In this document: positions 50,652 to 60,825 of the stretch, in pieces | Numbering within the stretch: the first letter of the stretch is position 1 | Layout: every line of letters starts with the position of its first letter | Source of the DNA: an uncultured Rickettsiales bacterium | GTDB taxonomy: Bacteria; Myxococcota_A; UBA796; UBA9615; CAYRNR01 | Assembly: GCA_964639985.1 (NCBI GenBank) | Contig: CAZXHG010000013.1 | Location: 1,597-65,596, forward strand | Direction: 5' to 3' | DNA: 64,000 nt | Notes under the pieces: model-generated | Database searches by the model: none | What the model was told of the DNA's origin: nothing | The model's input: the letters and a program-made list of their open reading frames with translations, nothing else | Position numbers and translations under genes: made by a program

Positions 50652-52172
50652 TCAGCGGCATCGCCGCGCCACCCACCACACACCCATGCCCACCACGACC
50701 AGCCAGCCACGCGGCGTGGCTTCGGCCACATCGCAGCTGCAATCATCGTCCACGATCACCACCCCCGTATCATCGTCCCCACCCGAGTCGTCATCATCCC
50801 CCGCGTTCGTGTCGTCGTCGTCATCTCCGCCGGTCACCACATCGACCCAGATCGGGCTGGTCCACACCTGCTCCAGGTCGGACTCCCCGCTGTCGTCGCA
50901 GACCACGCCCGCATCCGCCCACCAGGCTCCGCCGTCCACGTGCACGATCGCGTAGGCGACCACCGTGTCCCCCTCGTCGAGGACCATGGACAGGGTGTAG
51001 CGCCCGACCTCCAGTTCCTCCATGGCCGTACGCGAGAACTCCGGCCGCACCAGGTCGGCCCCATTCACGTGGGCCGCGTCCGCCGCCGACACCTGGATCG
51101 CGAACGTCACCTCGGTCCCGGCCTCGAACTCGATCTCCTCGCCGAAGCGCGCGACATCCACCCCATCGACCGTCACACGGAAATCCACCGGCAGCCTCGG
51201 CCCGGACGTGGCCTGGCCGCGCCGATCCCGTAGAGCCTCGTAGATCGCCGTGCGGTCCAGCGGCTCCCCCTCGGGCATCACCACCACGGTCAAACCACCC
51301 CCGTAGTTGACCGCGTTGTCCGCGAACCGAGGGTCGATGTCGCACACCGAACCAGGCCGGGTGTCGTGGGAGTCCGTCCCCGAGATGATGCCCATGCGCA
51401 GGCCGTAGTGGTCCGGTGACAGCGCCCGGTCCACGGTCGAATCCGGTCGCTCCGCGTTCGGGTCCACCGGATCGAAGTACCCGTCGTACGAGGGCGACGT
51501 GGAGTTGCCGTGCTCGCTGTAGTTCTCCACCACCGGGTTGTACGCCAGGTCCGCGCACATCCAGTCGGCGGCCCCCGGCGGCCGGATCGCGGGGTGGTGC
51601 GGGATCAGCAGCAGCGGGCCGAGGTCGCCCTCGAGGTCCCCCAGCAGGTCGAATATCTCGGGACAATCATCCGTGGTGAACGGCGGGTCGCCCGAGTCCC
51701 CGACCACGTCCAGCAGGCGGAGGTCCTGCAGGTCGTGCTCGTCCCCGAAGAAGTACAGGTTGCGGTGGTCGCGGATGTCGCCGCTGCCGTCCCAGAACCA
51801 CAGCTCCACCCCGGGCACGGTGACGAACCCGCCCTCCGGATCGTCCGCGGCCAGCAGGTCGACCACCTGCTGGTCCCAGTCGCCTGCGTGCCACACCGCG
51901 TGGATCCCGTTGCCGTGTTCGGTCAGCGACAGGAAGTCCAGGTCCCAGGTCTCCCGCGCGTCCTCGATCACGCTGGCGTACGGGCCGCAGGGGTAGCCGT
52001 CAGGGCAGACGTTGCCGGTGTCGGTCGAGTAGCCGTCGCGGGACAGCCCGGTGTGGGCGTGCAGGTCACCGTAGTAGTAGTCGAAGCCGGCGTGGTTGAT
52101 CGGGGACGCCCACCCATCGCGTTCGACAGCCGCCAGGCCGACGAGTACGCATGCGACCGCCCACCCGCGCAC
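50652..52172 (-). CDS. DUF3604/PHP-like metallohydrolase with MYXO-CTERM-like anchor
   Basis: YYYGDLHAHT, SLTEH, IPHHP, ENYSEHG, SGTDSHD; C-terminal DDDCSC + TM + RR. Confidence 0.82.
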   Translation of the reverse strand: MRGWAVACVLVGLAAVERDGWASPINHAGFDYYYGDLHAHTGLSRDGYSTDTGNVCPDGYPCGPYASVIEDARETWDLDFLSLTEHGNGIHAVWHAGDWDQQVVDLLAADDPEGGFVTVPGVELWFWDGSGDIRDHRNLYFFGDEHDLQDLRLLDVVGDSGDPPFTTDDCPEIFDLLGDLEGDLGPLLLIPHHPAIRPPGAADWMCADLAYNPVVENYSEHGNSTSPSYDGYFDPVDPNAERPDSTVDRALSPDHYGLRMGIISGTDSHDTRPGSVCDIDPRFADNAVNYGGGLTVVVMPEGEPLDRTAIYEALRDRRGQATSGPRLPVDFRVTVDGVDVARFGEEIEFEAGTEVTFAIQVSAADAAHVNGADLVRPEFSRTAMEELEVGRYTLSMVLDEGDTVVAYAIVHVDGGAWWADAGVVCDDSGESDLEQVWTSPIWVDVVTGGDDDDDTNAGDDDDSGGDDDTGVVIVDDDCSCDVAEATPRGWLVVVGMGVWWVARRCR

Positions 52173-52175
52173 GGC

Positions 52176-54449
52176 TCAGTGCCTCCGCCTCATCGCCAGC
52201 AGACCCAGCAGCGCCAGCCCCAGGGCGGCCCCTTGCTCGCCGGTCTCGCCTTCCGTGCGACACGCGCAGTCGTCGTCGTCCGCCACGTCGTCGTCCGCGC
52301 TGTCGTCGTCGTCCGCGCTGTCGTCGTCGTCCACGGTGTCGTCGTCATCATCGTCCGTGGCGCTGTCGTCGTCGTCCGTGGGCTCGCACAGCCCGGCCGG
52401 GTCGTCGGCGTCCGCGTCGCAGTCCGGATGCAGCCAGATGGGGCTGGTCCAGGCCTGGGCGCCGTCCTCCTGCAGCACGTGCACCCAGAACAGGGCGGGC
52501 TCGTCGAGCTCGTAGTCCGGGTCGGACGAGGCGAAGCCGAGCTCCGCGTCGTGCTCGCCGACCCCGAAGGTCCACTCCTTGACCACCTCGTCCTCGCCGC
52601 CGTCGAGGTACAGGCGGTGAAGGCTCACGGTCTCGAGGTTGTGGGTGGCGTGCACCTGCACCTCGAACGCCGGCTCGAACCCGATCAGCTCCTCGCCCAT
52701 GCGCGCCGCGTACCCCTCCTCGAAGGTGTCCAGCAGCACGATGATGCGCTCCATGTTGGACGTACCGTAGGACGCGCGGTCGCGGATCGCCTCCCACACG
52801 TCGTCTCGCTCGAGCTCGTCGGCCAGCACCGCGACCAGCCCACCCTTGGTGTTCTTGGTCGCCAGCGGGTTGCCCATGAACCCGTCGTGGTTGTCCGACG
52901 AGGCGATGATGCCCACGCGGTTGCCGAGCATCAGCCCGTCGAGCACGCCGCGCAGGCCATCGGACTCCATGGACGGGCCCCACTCGGAGAACACCTCGGC
53001 CGAGGGCCGGTACACGTCGTCGATCGCGGCCCAGCCGTTGCCGGTGTAGCGGGTGGCGTGGGGCACGGCGAACGCGCGCAGGCCGGGGTTGTCGTCCTCC
53101 ATGTCCTCGAGGAACGCGTACAGCCCGTCCCCGGAGTCCAGGTCGAGGATGCTGATGTCCACCGTGATCTCGCCGAAGCAGTCGTCGAAGTACACGTTGT
53201 GGTGGCCGCTGCCCGTGGGCGTTCCCATCCACTCGAAGGCGAGCACCGGAACGAACGTCTCGCTCTCGTGGATGGCGCAGCCGGTCATCAGGTCCTGCCA
53301 CAGGTCCTCGGCGTACACCTCGGTGGGCGGCAGCTTCATGGTCTCGGCCGCGAAGTCCAGGCCGGCCACGTCCTGCGCGTAGCGCAGGTTCTCGTCGATG
53401 TAGTCCCCGGCGTCGTCGGTGTACGACACGCCGTGGTGGCTGTGGATGTCGCCCCAGAAGATGTCCTGCTCCGGCGGGTCCGTGGTGACCACGCAGGGAT
53501 TGGACGTCGCCTGGATCCCGTCGGTGCCCATCACGGTGATGCGCAGCACGCCTTCCTCATCCGGGGTGGCCTCCAGATCGACCACGGCCGGGGCGGTCTC
53601 GGGCACGGGCACGTTGGCCACCAGGTCGGGCACGGACAGGCTCGGCTGGGTCACGAACGAGCCGCTGAAGCCCTCGACCGCGTTGCCGAACTGGTCGAGC
53701 AGGGCCACCTTCACCGGGATGGTCTCCCCCACCTGCGCGAACGACGGCAGCACCACGCGGGTCGCGGCCACGTCCTGCTCACCCCAGGTGCGCATCTGCG
53801 GCGCGGGCACGTCCAGCATGGCCCAGGTGGCGTTCTCGTCGGTGCGGCTGGCCACCGGCCAGTCGATGCGCTCGAAGGCCCGGTAGGGCACGCGCACGTG
53901 GCACTCGGCGCTGGCCGGCCCCAGCGGGGTCTCGTCGGCCATGCCGATGTACAGGGTGATCACGTCGCCCTGGACCAGGGATCCGTCGACCGTGATGGTG
54001 GTGTAGAGCTCCTGGTGGAAGTCCTCGGTGTGCTCCGGACGGTCGATGGCCACGTTCACCCCGGCCCCGTCCGTCTCGGCCCAGGCCAGGCCCTCGTAGC
54101 GGGCGGGATCCACGCCCTCCTGGTACAGGTCGTTGCAGTCCGCCGGGGCCGTGACCCAGTCCATCCACTTGGTGATCACGATGCCATGGAACACCGGGTC
54201 CAGCAGCAGGAAGCCACCCCCGGCGTCGAGCCCGGTCGGCCCCACCGTGAAGCTGAACTCCAGCGTCTCCAGGCCATGCACGGTGAACGGCGCGCTGCCG
54301 CCCAGCTGTAGCGTGCCCTCGCCCCCCTGGGCAAGGATCGGCGGCAGCTCCAGGGCGTGGCTCCGCCGTGCGGTGGGTTCGTCGACCGGGTGGTCTTGAC
54401 AGCCGGCAGTGACCAGCACTGCGAGCGCGAGGAGGTGGTGAAGGCGCAT
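52176..54449 (-). CDS. DUF3604/PHP-like metallohydrolase with MYXO-CTERM-like anchor
   Basis: FWGDIHSHH, HHNVYF, PHAT, EVFSEWG, ASSDNHDG; poly-Asp linker; DDDCAC + TM + RRRH. Confidence 0.85.
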   Translation of the reverse strand: MRLHHLLALAVLVTAGCQDHPVDEPTARRSHALELPPILAQGGEGTLQLGGSAPFTVHGLETLEFSFTVGPTGLDAGGGFLLLDPVFHGIVITKWMDWVTAPADCNDLYQEGVDPARYEGLAWAETDGAGVNVAIDRPEHTEDFHQELYTTITVDGSLVQGDVITLYIGMADETPLGPASAECHVRVPYRAFERIDWPVASRTDENATWAMLDVPAPQMRTWGEQDVAATRVVLPSFAQVGETIPVKVALLDQFGNAVEGFSGSFVTQPSLSVPDLVANVPVPETAPAVVDLEATPDEEGVLRITVMGTDGIQATSNPCVVTTDPPEQDIFWGDIHSHHGVSYTDDAGDYIDENLRYAQDVAGLDFAAETMKLPPTEVYAEDLWQDLMTGCAIHESETFVPVLAFEWMGTPTGSGHHNVYFDDCFGEITVDISILDLDSGDGLYAFLEDMEDDNPGLRAFAVPHATRYTGNGWAAIDDVYRPSAEVFSEWGPSMESDGLRGVLDGLMLGNRVGIIASSDNHDGFMGNPLATKNTKGGLVAVLADELERDDVWEAIRDRASYGTSNMERIIVLLDTFEEGYAARMGEELIGFEPAFEVQVHATHNLETVSLHRLYLDGGEDEVVKEWTFGVGEHDAELGFASSDPDYELDEPALFWVHVLQEDGAQAWTSPIWLHPDCDADADDPAGLCEPTDDDDSATDDDDDDTVDDDDSADDDDSADDDVADDDDCACRTEGETGEQGAALGLALLGLLAMRRRH

Positions 54450-54535
54450 GATCCCTCTTCAATAGGAACGGGGCCGGGCCGGGGCCAGTATAGCCGCTGA
54501 TCAGCGGGCCAAGGGGGGAACGGAGGGGCGGCGGT

Positions 54536-56668
54536 CTACGAGTCGTCGTCCGCCTCGGCCTCTTCGGTGCGCTGCATGGCGCTGCCCCAGCGGGCGAGCC
54601 AGAAGCACACGCCCACCAGGGCGAGGAAGGCCAGTACGCTGACGAACTGTCCGGGGAAGCCGGCGTAGTACTGGTAGAAGCTCTCGCCCATGCCGCCGGC
54701 CGCTGCCTCGTGGGCGCGCTCGCCCCAGGCGTGCAGGTCGATCTTCTTCATCGGCTCGCCGATCTGCGGTAGCAGCAGGATCGCGCCGATGGTGCCCACG
54801 ATGGCGGCGCCCGCCATCAGCCCCGAGGCGATCAGCGTGCCCTGCTCCCGGCGGGCGGCCCGGTCCTCCTCGCTGCTGCCGGACTTGCCGATAAAGTGGC
54901 CGGCGGCCGCGCCGGCGAACACGGCCATGTTGATCTCGATCGGCAGGTACATGCCCAGGCCGAACGCCAGCGCCGGTACGGACGCCATCTCCAGCAGGAT
55001 CGCGACCACGCCGCCGAGGGCGAACAGCAGCAGCGCCTGCTGCTCGCCGCCCATCACTCCGGAGACGATCGTGCCCATCACGTGCCCCTGGGGAGCGGGC
55101 AGGTTGGGGTTGGGGATCATGGCGCCGGTCTTGTCCTCGATCATGAAGCCGTAGGAGCTGGACAGCACCCAGATCACCAGGCCCACGCTGAACGAGGCGA
55201 CCACGATGCCGAGGTACTTCCAGCGCTGCTGCTGCACCGGGCTCGAGCCCAGCCAGTAACCGATCTTGAGGTCGGAGACGAACGCTCCCGAGGTGGACAG
55301 GCCGGTGCACACCGCGCAGCCCACGATCAGGGCCACGGACATGCCGACAGCGTCGCCGCGCAGGCCGGTGGCGACCAGGATCAGGCAGGCGATGATCAGC
55401 GTGATCATGGTCATGCCCGACACCGGGTTGACGCCCACGATGGCGATGGCGCGGGCCGCGACCGGGGTGAACAGGAAGGCCAGGACGTAGGTGACGACCG
55501 TGCCCACCAGCGCGGCGGTGACGCTCTCGCCCACGTACCAGAAGAGGAAGAACATGCCGATCACGCAGCCGACCTGGATCAGCAGGGTGTTGCGGGGGGA
55601 CATGTCGCGGTCGGTGCGCTCGATGGCCTCGCCGCCGCCGCCGCCGGTCAGGCCCTTGAAGGCCAGGGACAGCGAGCTGAGGATGATCTTCGACATCTTG
55701 ATGATGCCGATGAACCCGGCCACCGCGATGCAGCCGATGCCGATGGGGCGGATGTAGGTGCCCCACACCGCGCCGGCGTCCATGTCGCGGATCAGGGTCT
55801 CGACCACGGGCGGGGTCAGCGGCTGGTCCAGCCCGGACGCCGCGAAGTACACCAGCGGCACCATCACCAGCGTCGACAGCACCGAGCCCGCGGCGATGAT
55901 GCCCGCGTAGCGCGGCCCGATGATGTAGCCGAGCCCGAAGTACACCGCCGTAGCGTTGAGCTTGAGCTCGAAGCGGGCCTCGGACAGGCGCGCGCCGACC
56001 CCGGTGAGCAGCACCTTGGTGTTGAGGTGGTGGTTCCACAGGTGGAGGAACTCCACGAACAGGTCGTAGATGAACCCGATGCCGAACGCGGCCAGCAGCA
56101 CCTTGCCGGACGCGCCCTTGGCCTTCTCGCCGGCCGCGAGCACGTTGGTGATGGCCGTGGCCTCGGGGAAGGGCAGCTGGCCGTGCAGGTCCTTGACGAA
56201 GTAGCGCCGCAGCGGGATGAGCAGCACCACGCCGAGGAAGCCACCGAACATGCACGACAGCGCGATCTGGATGAACGACGGCTGCAGATCCAGGATGTAC
56301 AGCGCCGGGATGGTGAAGATTGCGCCGGCCACGACCACGCCCGAGGCCTGGCCGATGGACTGGATGATCACGTTCTCCAGCAGGTGGTTGCGCCGCTTGA
56401 AGAACCGCGCCATCAGCGTGTTGCCGAAGAACACCGCCAGGATCGCGATCGGGATCGAGGTCTCGATCACGTTGCCGGTCTTCAGCCCGATGTAGGCCGC
56501 GGCAAAGGTGAACAGCACCACCGCGCCCACGCCGTAGAGCACCGCTCGCAGCGTCACCTCAGGGGGTGCCTCCTGGGGCGAGACGACCGGCTCATAGGTC
56601 TCACCGGGTTCGAGCTCCCGGAATGCGTTGGGCGGCAGGACCTTGCTCTTGCCCGGGCTGACTTCCAT
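54536..56668 (-). CDS. OPT-family oligopeptide / metal-chelate transporter
   Basis: EVTLRAV, YIGLKTG, SIPIAI, LENVIIQS, LPFPEATA, SDLKIGYWLG, APQG, FGLGMYLP, ASGLMAG. Confidence 0.93.
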   Translation of the reverse strand: MEVSPGKSKVLPPNAFRELEPGETYEPVVSPQEAPPEVTLRAVLYGVGAVVLFTFAAAYIGLKTGNVIETSIPIAILAVFFGNTLMARFFKRRNHLLENVIIQSIGQASGVVVAGAIFTIPALYILDLQPSFIQIALSCMFGGFLGVVLLIPLRRYFVKDLHGQLPFPEATAITNVLAAGEKAKGASGKVLLAAFGIGFIYDLFVEFLHLWNHHLNTKVLLTGVGARLSEARFELKLNATAVYFGLGYIIGPRYAGIIAAGSVLSTLVMVPLVYFAASGLDQPLTPPVVETLIRDMDAGAVWGTYIRPIGIGCIAVAGFIGIIKMSKIILSSLSLAFKGLTGGGGGEAIERTDRDMSPRNTLLIQVGCVIGMFFLFWYVGESVTAALVGTVVTYVLAFLFTPVAARAIAIVGVNPVSGMTMITLIIACLILVATGLRGDAVGMSVALIVGCAVCTGLSTSGAFVSDLKIGYWLGSSPVQQQRWKYLGIVVASFSVGLVIWVLSSSYGFMIEDKTGAMIPNPNLPAPQGHVMGTIVSGVMGGEQQALLLFALGGVVAILLEMASVPALAFGLGMYLPIEINMAVFAGAAAGHFIGKSGSSEEDRAARREQGTLIASGLMAGAAIVGTIGAILLLPQIGEPMKKIDLHAWGERAHEAAAGGMGESFYQYYAGFPGQFVSVLAFLALVGVCFWLARWGSAMQRTEEAEADDDS

Positions 56669-56784
56669 CGGATACCTCCCGCATCGTGGCGTCCGGCGAT
56701 CCTACACGCGCGGGGTCGGCGCGCAAAGTTGCAATGAAACACGCACGCCCGTGCGGAGGCAGAGATGGTAGTAGAGTAGGCGCG

Positions 56785-57816
56785 ATGAAACTGGTCCACC
56801 TGTCCGATATCCACGTCTACGATCCGTCGTCGCATGCGCTGCAGCGGGCCAAGGAGTGGGGAAAGATCGCCATCGCCCTGGCCGCGGTCGGCGGAGTGCT
56901 CAAGGCGGGCGCCGCGCCGCTGGCCGTGGTGCAGGAGGCCCGTGAGCGGCACCCGGGCATGTTCCGCATGGTGCAGGGGCTCGTGCTGGCCGGGCTTGCG
57001 GGCTACCTGGTGCGCAAGCTGATCGACAAGGGCCACCACCGCGCCTACCGGTCGCTCAACAGCGAGCCGGCGCGGCGGGTGCTGCAGGCAGACCTGCAGT
57101 CCATGTCCTTCGACCACATGCTGGTCACCGGAGACGTGGCGCTCACCCCGTCCGCGGCCGAATTCGAGGGAGCGGCCGAGTTCCTGCGGCCGTACTGGGA
57201 TCGGCTGCACGTGGTGCCGGGCAACCACGACGTGCCGTTCATCGAGGGATCGTCCGGCGACTTCATGCAGACCTTCGACGAGCGGCTGGAGCCGTTCCCC
57301 TACGTGCGCGACCTCGGCGACGGCGTGGCCCTGGTGGGCGTGGATTCCACCGTGCGCGGCATGGTGCAGGACCCGTGGGCGCTGCTGTCCAACTCCCGGG
57401 GTCGGGTGAGCCCCAAGCAGCTGCTGGGCGTGCGCCGGCGCATGCCGGAGCACGGGATCCGGCTGCTCGCCATGCACCACCACATCATGCCGTCACCCGC
57501 CGGACGCGAGGGCCTGGTCAAGCGCATCTACATGGGCCCGGCCAAGGGCGCGGACTTCCTGCTGGAGCAGCTGCACCAGCCCGCGGGCGTGGACCTGGTG
57601 CTGCACGGCCACCAGCACTGGAACTACTTCGGGCCGGGCTTCCTCTGCGCGGGCACGTCCACGCTCACCCCGGACGGCGGCGGTGAGCACCCCACGTACA
57701 ACGTGTACGTGTTCGACGACGGCAAGCTCGTGGAGATCCGCCGGCGTACCATCGAGGGCGAGAAGGTGGTGGAGACGAGGCTGCCGGTACGAGACGTGGT
57801 CCCGGACGACTCATGA
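56785..57816 (+). CDS. Calcineurin-like metallophosphoesterase with a hydrophobic insertion
   Basis: HLSDIH, TGDV, VPGNHD, MHHH, LHGHQH. Confidence 0.88.
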   Translation: MKLVHLSDIHVYDPSSHALQRAKEWGKIAIALAAVGGVLKAGAAPLAVVQEARERHPGMFRMVQGLVLAGLAGYLVRKLIDKGHHRAYRSLNSEPARRVLQADLQSMSFDHMLVTGDVALTPSAAEFEGAAEFLRPYWDRLHVVPGNHDVPFIEGSSGDFMQTFDERLEPFPYVRDLGDGVALVGVDSTVRGMVQDPWALLSNSRGRVSPKQLLGVRRRMPEHGIRLLAMHHHIMPSPAGREGLVKRIYMGPAKGADFLLEQLHQPAGVDLVLHGHQHWNYFGPGFLCAGTSTLTPDGGGEHPTYNVYVFDDGKLVEIRRRTIEGEKVVETRLPVRDVVPDDS

Positions 57817-58493
57817 TCGAGCTGCGTGGCGTGTTGCGGTCGTTCCCCAGGCCGGGACGACGGCGTGGCGGGTTCCTGCCCGTGCTGGACGTGCCGACCC
57901 TGGACGTGGCCGCCGGCACCTGCCTGCGCGTGCGCGGCCCCAACGGCGTGGGCAAGACCACCCTGCTGCACCTGCTGGCCGGGCTGTTACGGCCCGACGC
58001 GGGCACCGTGCGGATCGCGGGCACCGACATCGTCGGGCTGGGCGAGGCGCAGCTCGACCGCTTCCGCGCCCGCGGCGTGGGGTACGTGCTCCAGAACGCC
58101 TGGCTGCTCGACGGCCTGTCCGCCCGGGAGAACGTGGCGGCCGCGCTGCTGTTCGGCGGCGCCGCCCGGGGCGGCCGGATGAAGCGCGCCGAGGCGTTGC
58201 TCGATCGCCTGGGCGTGGGCCACCGGGCCGCGCACCAGCCGCACCAGCTCTCCGGGGGCGAGCGGCAGAAGGTGGCGCTGGCGCGTGCCCTGGCCAACGA
58301 CCCGCCGCTGCTGCTGGCAGACGAGCCGTTCGCCAGCCTCGATCGTGCTGCGGCGGATGGGCTCGCCCGGGACCTCGAGTCCCTCGTGCGAGAGGAGGGG
58401 CGGACCCTGGTGCTGGTGTCCCACGGGGTGGGGGAGGGGATCTCCGTGGACCAGGAGCTGGACCTCGGGGACCGACCGGAGGTCTCGGCGTGA
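57813..58493 (+). CDS. ABC transporter ATP-binding protein (LolD/MacB-like)
   Basis: GPNGVGKT, LSGGERQKV, LLADEP, VSH. Confidence 0.95.
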   Translation: MIELRGVLRSFPRPGRRRGGFLPVLDVPTLDVAAGTCLRVRGPNGVGKTTLLHLLAGLLRPDAGTVRIAGTDIVGLGEAQLDRFRARGVGYVLQNAWLLDGLSARENVAAALLFGGAARGGRMKRAEALLDRLGVGHRAAHQPHQLSGGERQKVALARALANDPPLLLADEPFASLDRAAADGLARDLESLVREEGRTLVLVSHGVGEGISVDQELDLGDRPEVSA

Positions 58494-60205
58494 GCCTGCT
58501 CGGCCTCTCCTGGCGCCTGGTGCGGGTTCGCGCGCTCAAGAACGGGCTCACCGTGGTCGTGATCACCCTGGGCACCGCCCTGGTGCTGACCTCGGTGGCG
58601 GTCGCGCACGGCAGCCGCGGCGCGCTGAGCGCGGCGGCCGCGCGCCACCCCCTGGTCGTGGGGGGCGACGTGGGCGCCTTCACCCTGGTCCTGGGGGCGC
58701 TCACCGGGCTGCAGGACCTCGAGGCAGGTGTCGACGGGCACCTGGTCGAGGAGCTCGCGAAGGATCCCAGGATCGAGGAGGCCGTCCCCCTGCTGGGCGG
58801 GCACCAGGTGGGCGGATACGCCCTGCTTGGCACGTCCCCGGCGCGGTTGCAGCCCCGGGAACGGTACCCCCTGGCGCAGGGGCGGGTGTTCGAGGAGGGC
58901 CTGGAGGCGGTGGCTGGGGCGGACGCCGCCGCCGGTCTGGGCGTGTCCGTAGGGGACCGGGTGGCCCTGGATCACGACCACGCCGGTGCCCCCTCCCGGG
59001 GCATGAGCCTGACCGTGGTGGGCGTGCTGGCGTCGACGGGCAGCGACGTGGACACCATGCTGCTGTGTCCGCTCGTCGCGATCGCCGCCAGCCATGACAG
59101 CCACGGCGCCCACGAGGGGCACGTTCACGCCGTCGAGGCGGTATCCGCCATCCTGCTGCGGCCGGTGGACGACGTGGCCCTGCTGGACCTGCAGGAGGAC
59201 CTGGGCTCGCGGCCTGGCCTGCAGGTGGCGCTCACGGGCCAGACCCTGCGCAGGCTGGCGGACCGGCTCGCCGTGGGAGGGCGGATCCTGGGCCTGCTGG
59301 TGGCCGCGGTCGCGTTGCTGACCGCGCTGGCGCTGATGCTGGCCGTGCACGGGACCTCCCTGGCCCAGGCCCGCGAGGTGGCGGTGATGCGGGTGATGGG
59401 GGCTCGCCGTGCGCACGTGGTCGCGGTGGCGGGTCTGGCCACCGCGATGGTGATCGGGGCCGGGCTGGTGCTCGGCCTGGCCGGGGCCGGCGTGCTCGGA
59501 GGCGTGGTCGAGGGCGTGATGCGGCGGGACCTGGGGTTCGAGGCCGAGGTGAGCGTGCTGGCGCCGGTCGTGCTCGCGTGGCTGGCCGGACTCGGCGGGC
59601 TGCTCGCGGTGGCTGGGGCCCAGCCACCGCTGGCCGCGTACAGCGTGGAGGCGGCCGACGCGCTGGCCGAGACCCCCGGCGCAGGTGGGGCCGCGCGCTC
59701 CCAGCTCCGCTGGGTGCCGCGGGTGGCGGTGCTGGCACTGGTAGCCCTGTGGCTGCTGCGCGCATTCGGGCAGCACTCGGGCGAGGTGCGCGTGGCGCCC
59801 CTGGATCCGGCCTCGCAGGCCGTGTTCGCCGAGCTCGCCGCCTGGGTGGGCGATGAGGCGCCCGTCGGACTGCGTGACCTGACCGCGGGCACGGCGTCCA
59901 TCGAGGGCCACATGTACGCCCTCGGCGACCCGTTCACGGTGCAGGATTTCTACCTGGTGGCCGTGAATCCACGCCTCCCCCGCTGTCCGTTCTGCTACCG
60001 CGCCCCCACGCGCAGCGAGCGCATCCGCGTGCTCACCGGCGGCCGCACCCTGGACGTGATCAACGGCCCGGTCCGGGTCACTGGTGCGGTGACGCTGACG
60101 CCGGGGTCGGATGATCCCGTGGTGCTGATGCTGGACGATTTCGAGGTGGTGATGCGGCGCGGCCACGGCGCAGGGGAGCCGGACGTGGTATCACCGAACC
60201 CATGA
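58490..60205 (+). CDS. FtsX/MacB-type ABC permease fused to a C-terminal DUF3299-like (CPFC) domain
   Basis: GTG overlaps the ATPase stop; GRVF...EAVAG; His-rich DHDH and HDSHGAHEGHVH; REVAVMRVMGA; LPRCPFC...VRVTGAV. Confidence 0.82.
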   Translation: MSLLGLSWRLVRVRALKNGLTVVVITLGTALVLTSVAVAHGSRGALSAAAARHPLVVGGDVGAFTLVLGALTGLQDLEAGVDGHLVEELAKDPRIEEAVPLLGGHQVGGYALLGTSPARLQPRERYPLAQGRVFEEGLEAVAGADAAAGLGVSVGDRVALDHDHAGAPSRGMSLTVVGVLASTGSDVDTMLLCPLVAIAASHDSHGAHEGHVHAVEAVSAILLRPVDDVALLDLQEDLGSRPGLQVALTGQTLRRLADRLAVGGRILGLLVAAVALLTALALMLAVHGTSLAQAREVAVMRVMGARRAHVVAVAGLATAMVIGAGLVLGLAGAGVLGGVVEGVMRRDLGFEAEVSVLAPVVLAWLAGLGGLLAVAGAQPPLAAYSVEAADALAETPGAGGAARSQLRWVPRVAVLALVALWLLRAFGQHSGEVRVAPLDPASQAVFAELAAWVGDEAPVGLRDLTAGTASIEGHMYALGDPFTVQDFYLVAVNPRLPRCPFCYRAPTRSERIRVLTGGRTLDVINGPVRVTGAVTLTPGSDDPVVLMLDDFEVVMRRGHGAGEPDVVSPNP

Positions 60206-60822
60206 GCGCCCGGCTCCTGGTCCTGTGTGCGGTGTTGCTCGCGACACCCGCCGCCCACGCTGCCATGCCGCTGTCGCCCGGGTCCCCGCCGACGCTGTCC
60301 TGGGGCGAGCACCTGCTGACGCTGCAGGGCGGCTGGCCGGTGCAGGCCGTGGCGCTGGAGTGGGGCACGGCGCGGGGGTGGAACAACGGCGCGTTCGCCA
60401 CCCTCGACCTGCGCGGCCCGGATCACACCTGGGGCGCGGGTATGTCGTTGGCGCGCTCCGTGGCCCACGGCGCGCGGACGAGCCTCCTGTTGCACATCGC
60501 GGGCGCGGTCGACCTGCAACATCGCCGAGGAGGTCCGGTCCGGTTCGGCGGCGAGGGCCGCGTGGGCCTGCTGCTGGGGGTGGGCCTGGGCCCGCGGCAC
60601 CTGACCAGCCTGGAGCTGGGGCTGGTGCCCACGTTCCGCTTCGGACCGGGCGCGTTCGACCGGCGTCCCTGGCTGGCCGCCCACGGCACCGCCGGCTTCA
60701 CCGCGTGGCTCTCGCGGCAGGTCTCGGTCAGCGTGCGTGGCCGGGCCGGACCTGCAGCCCGGCCCGGCGATCCGATCACCCTGGACTGGGGCGCCGCCCT
60801 GGTGTTCGGCAGGGTGTTCTGA
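60202..60822 (+). CDS. Exported protein, probable outer-membrane beta-barrel
   Basis: Signal peptide ending AHA; alternating amphipathic strands; ends WGAALVFGRVF (terminal Phe). Confidence 0.55.
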   Translation: MSARLLVLCAVLLATPAAHAAMPLSPGSPPTLSWGEHLLTLQGGWPVQAVALEWGTARGWNNGAFATLDLRGPDHTWGAGMSLARSVAHGARTSLLLHIAGAVDLQHRRGGPVRFGGEGRVGLLLGVGLGPRHLTSLELGLVPTFRFGPGAFDRRPWLAAHGTAGFTAWLSRQVSVSVRGRAGPAARPGDPITLDWGAALVFGRVF

Positions 60823-60825
60823 CCC

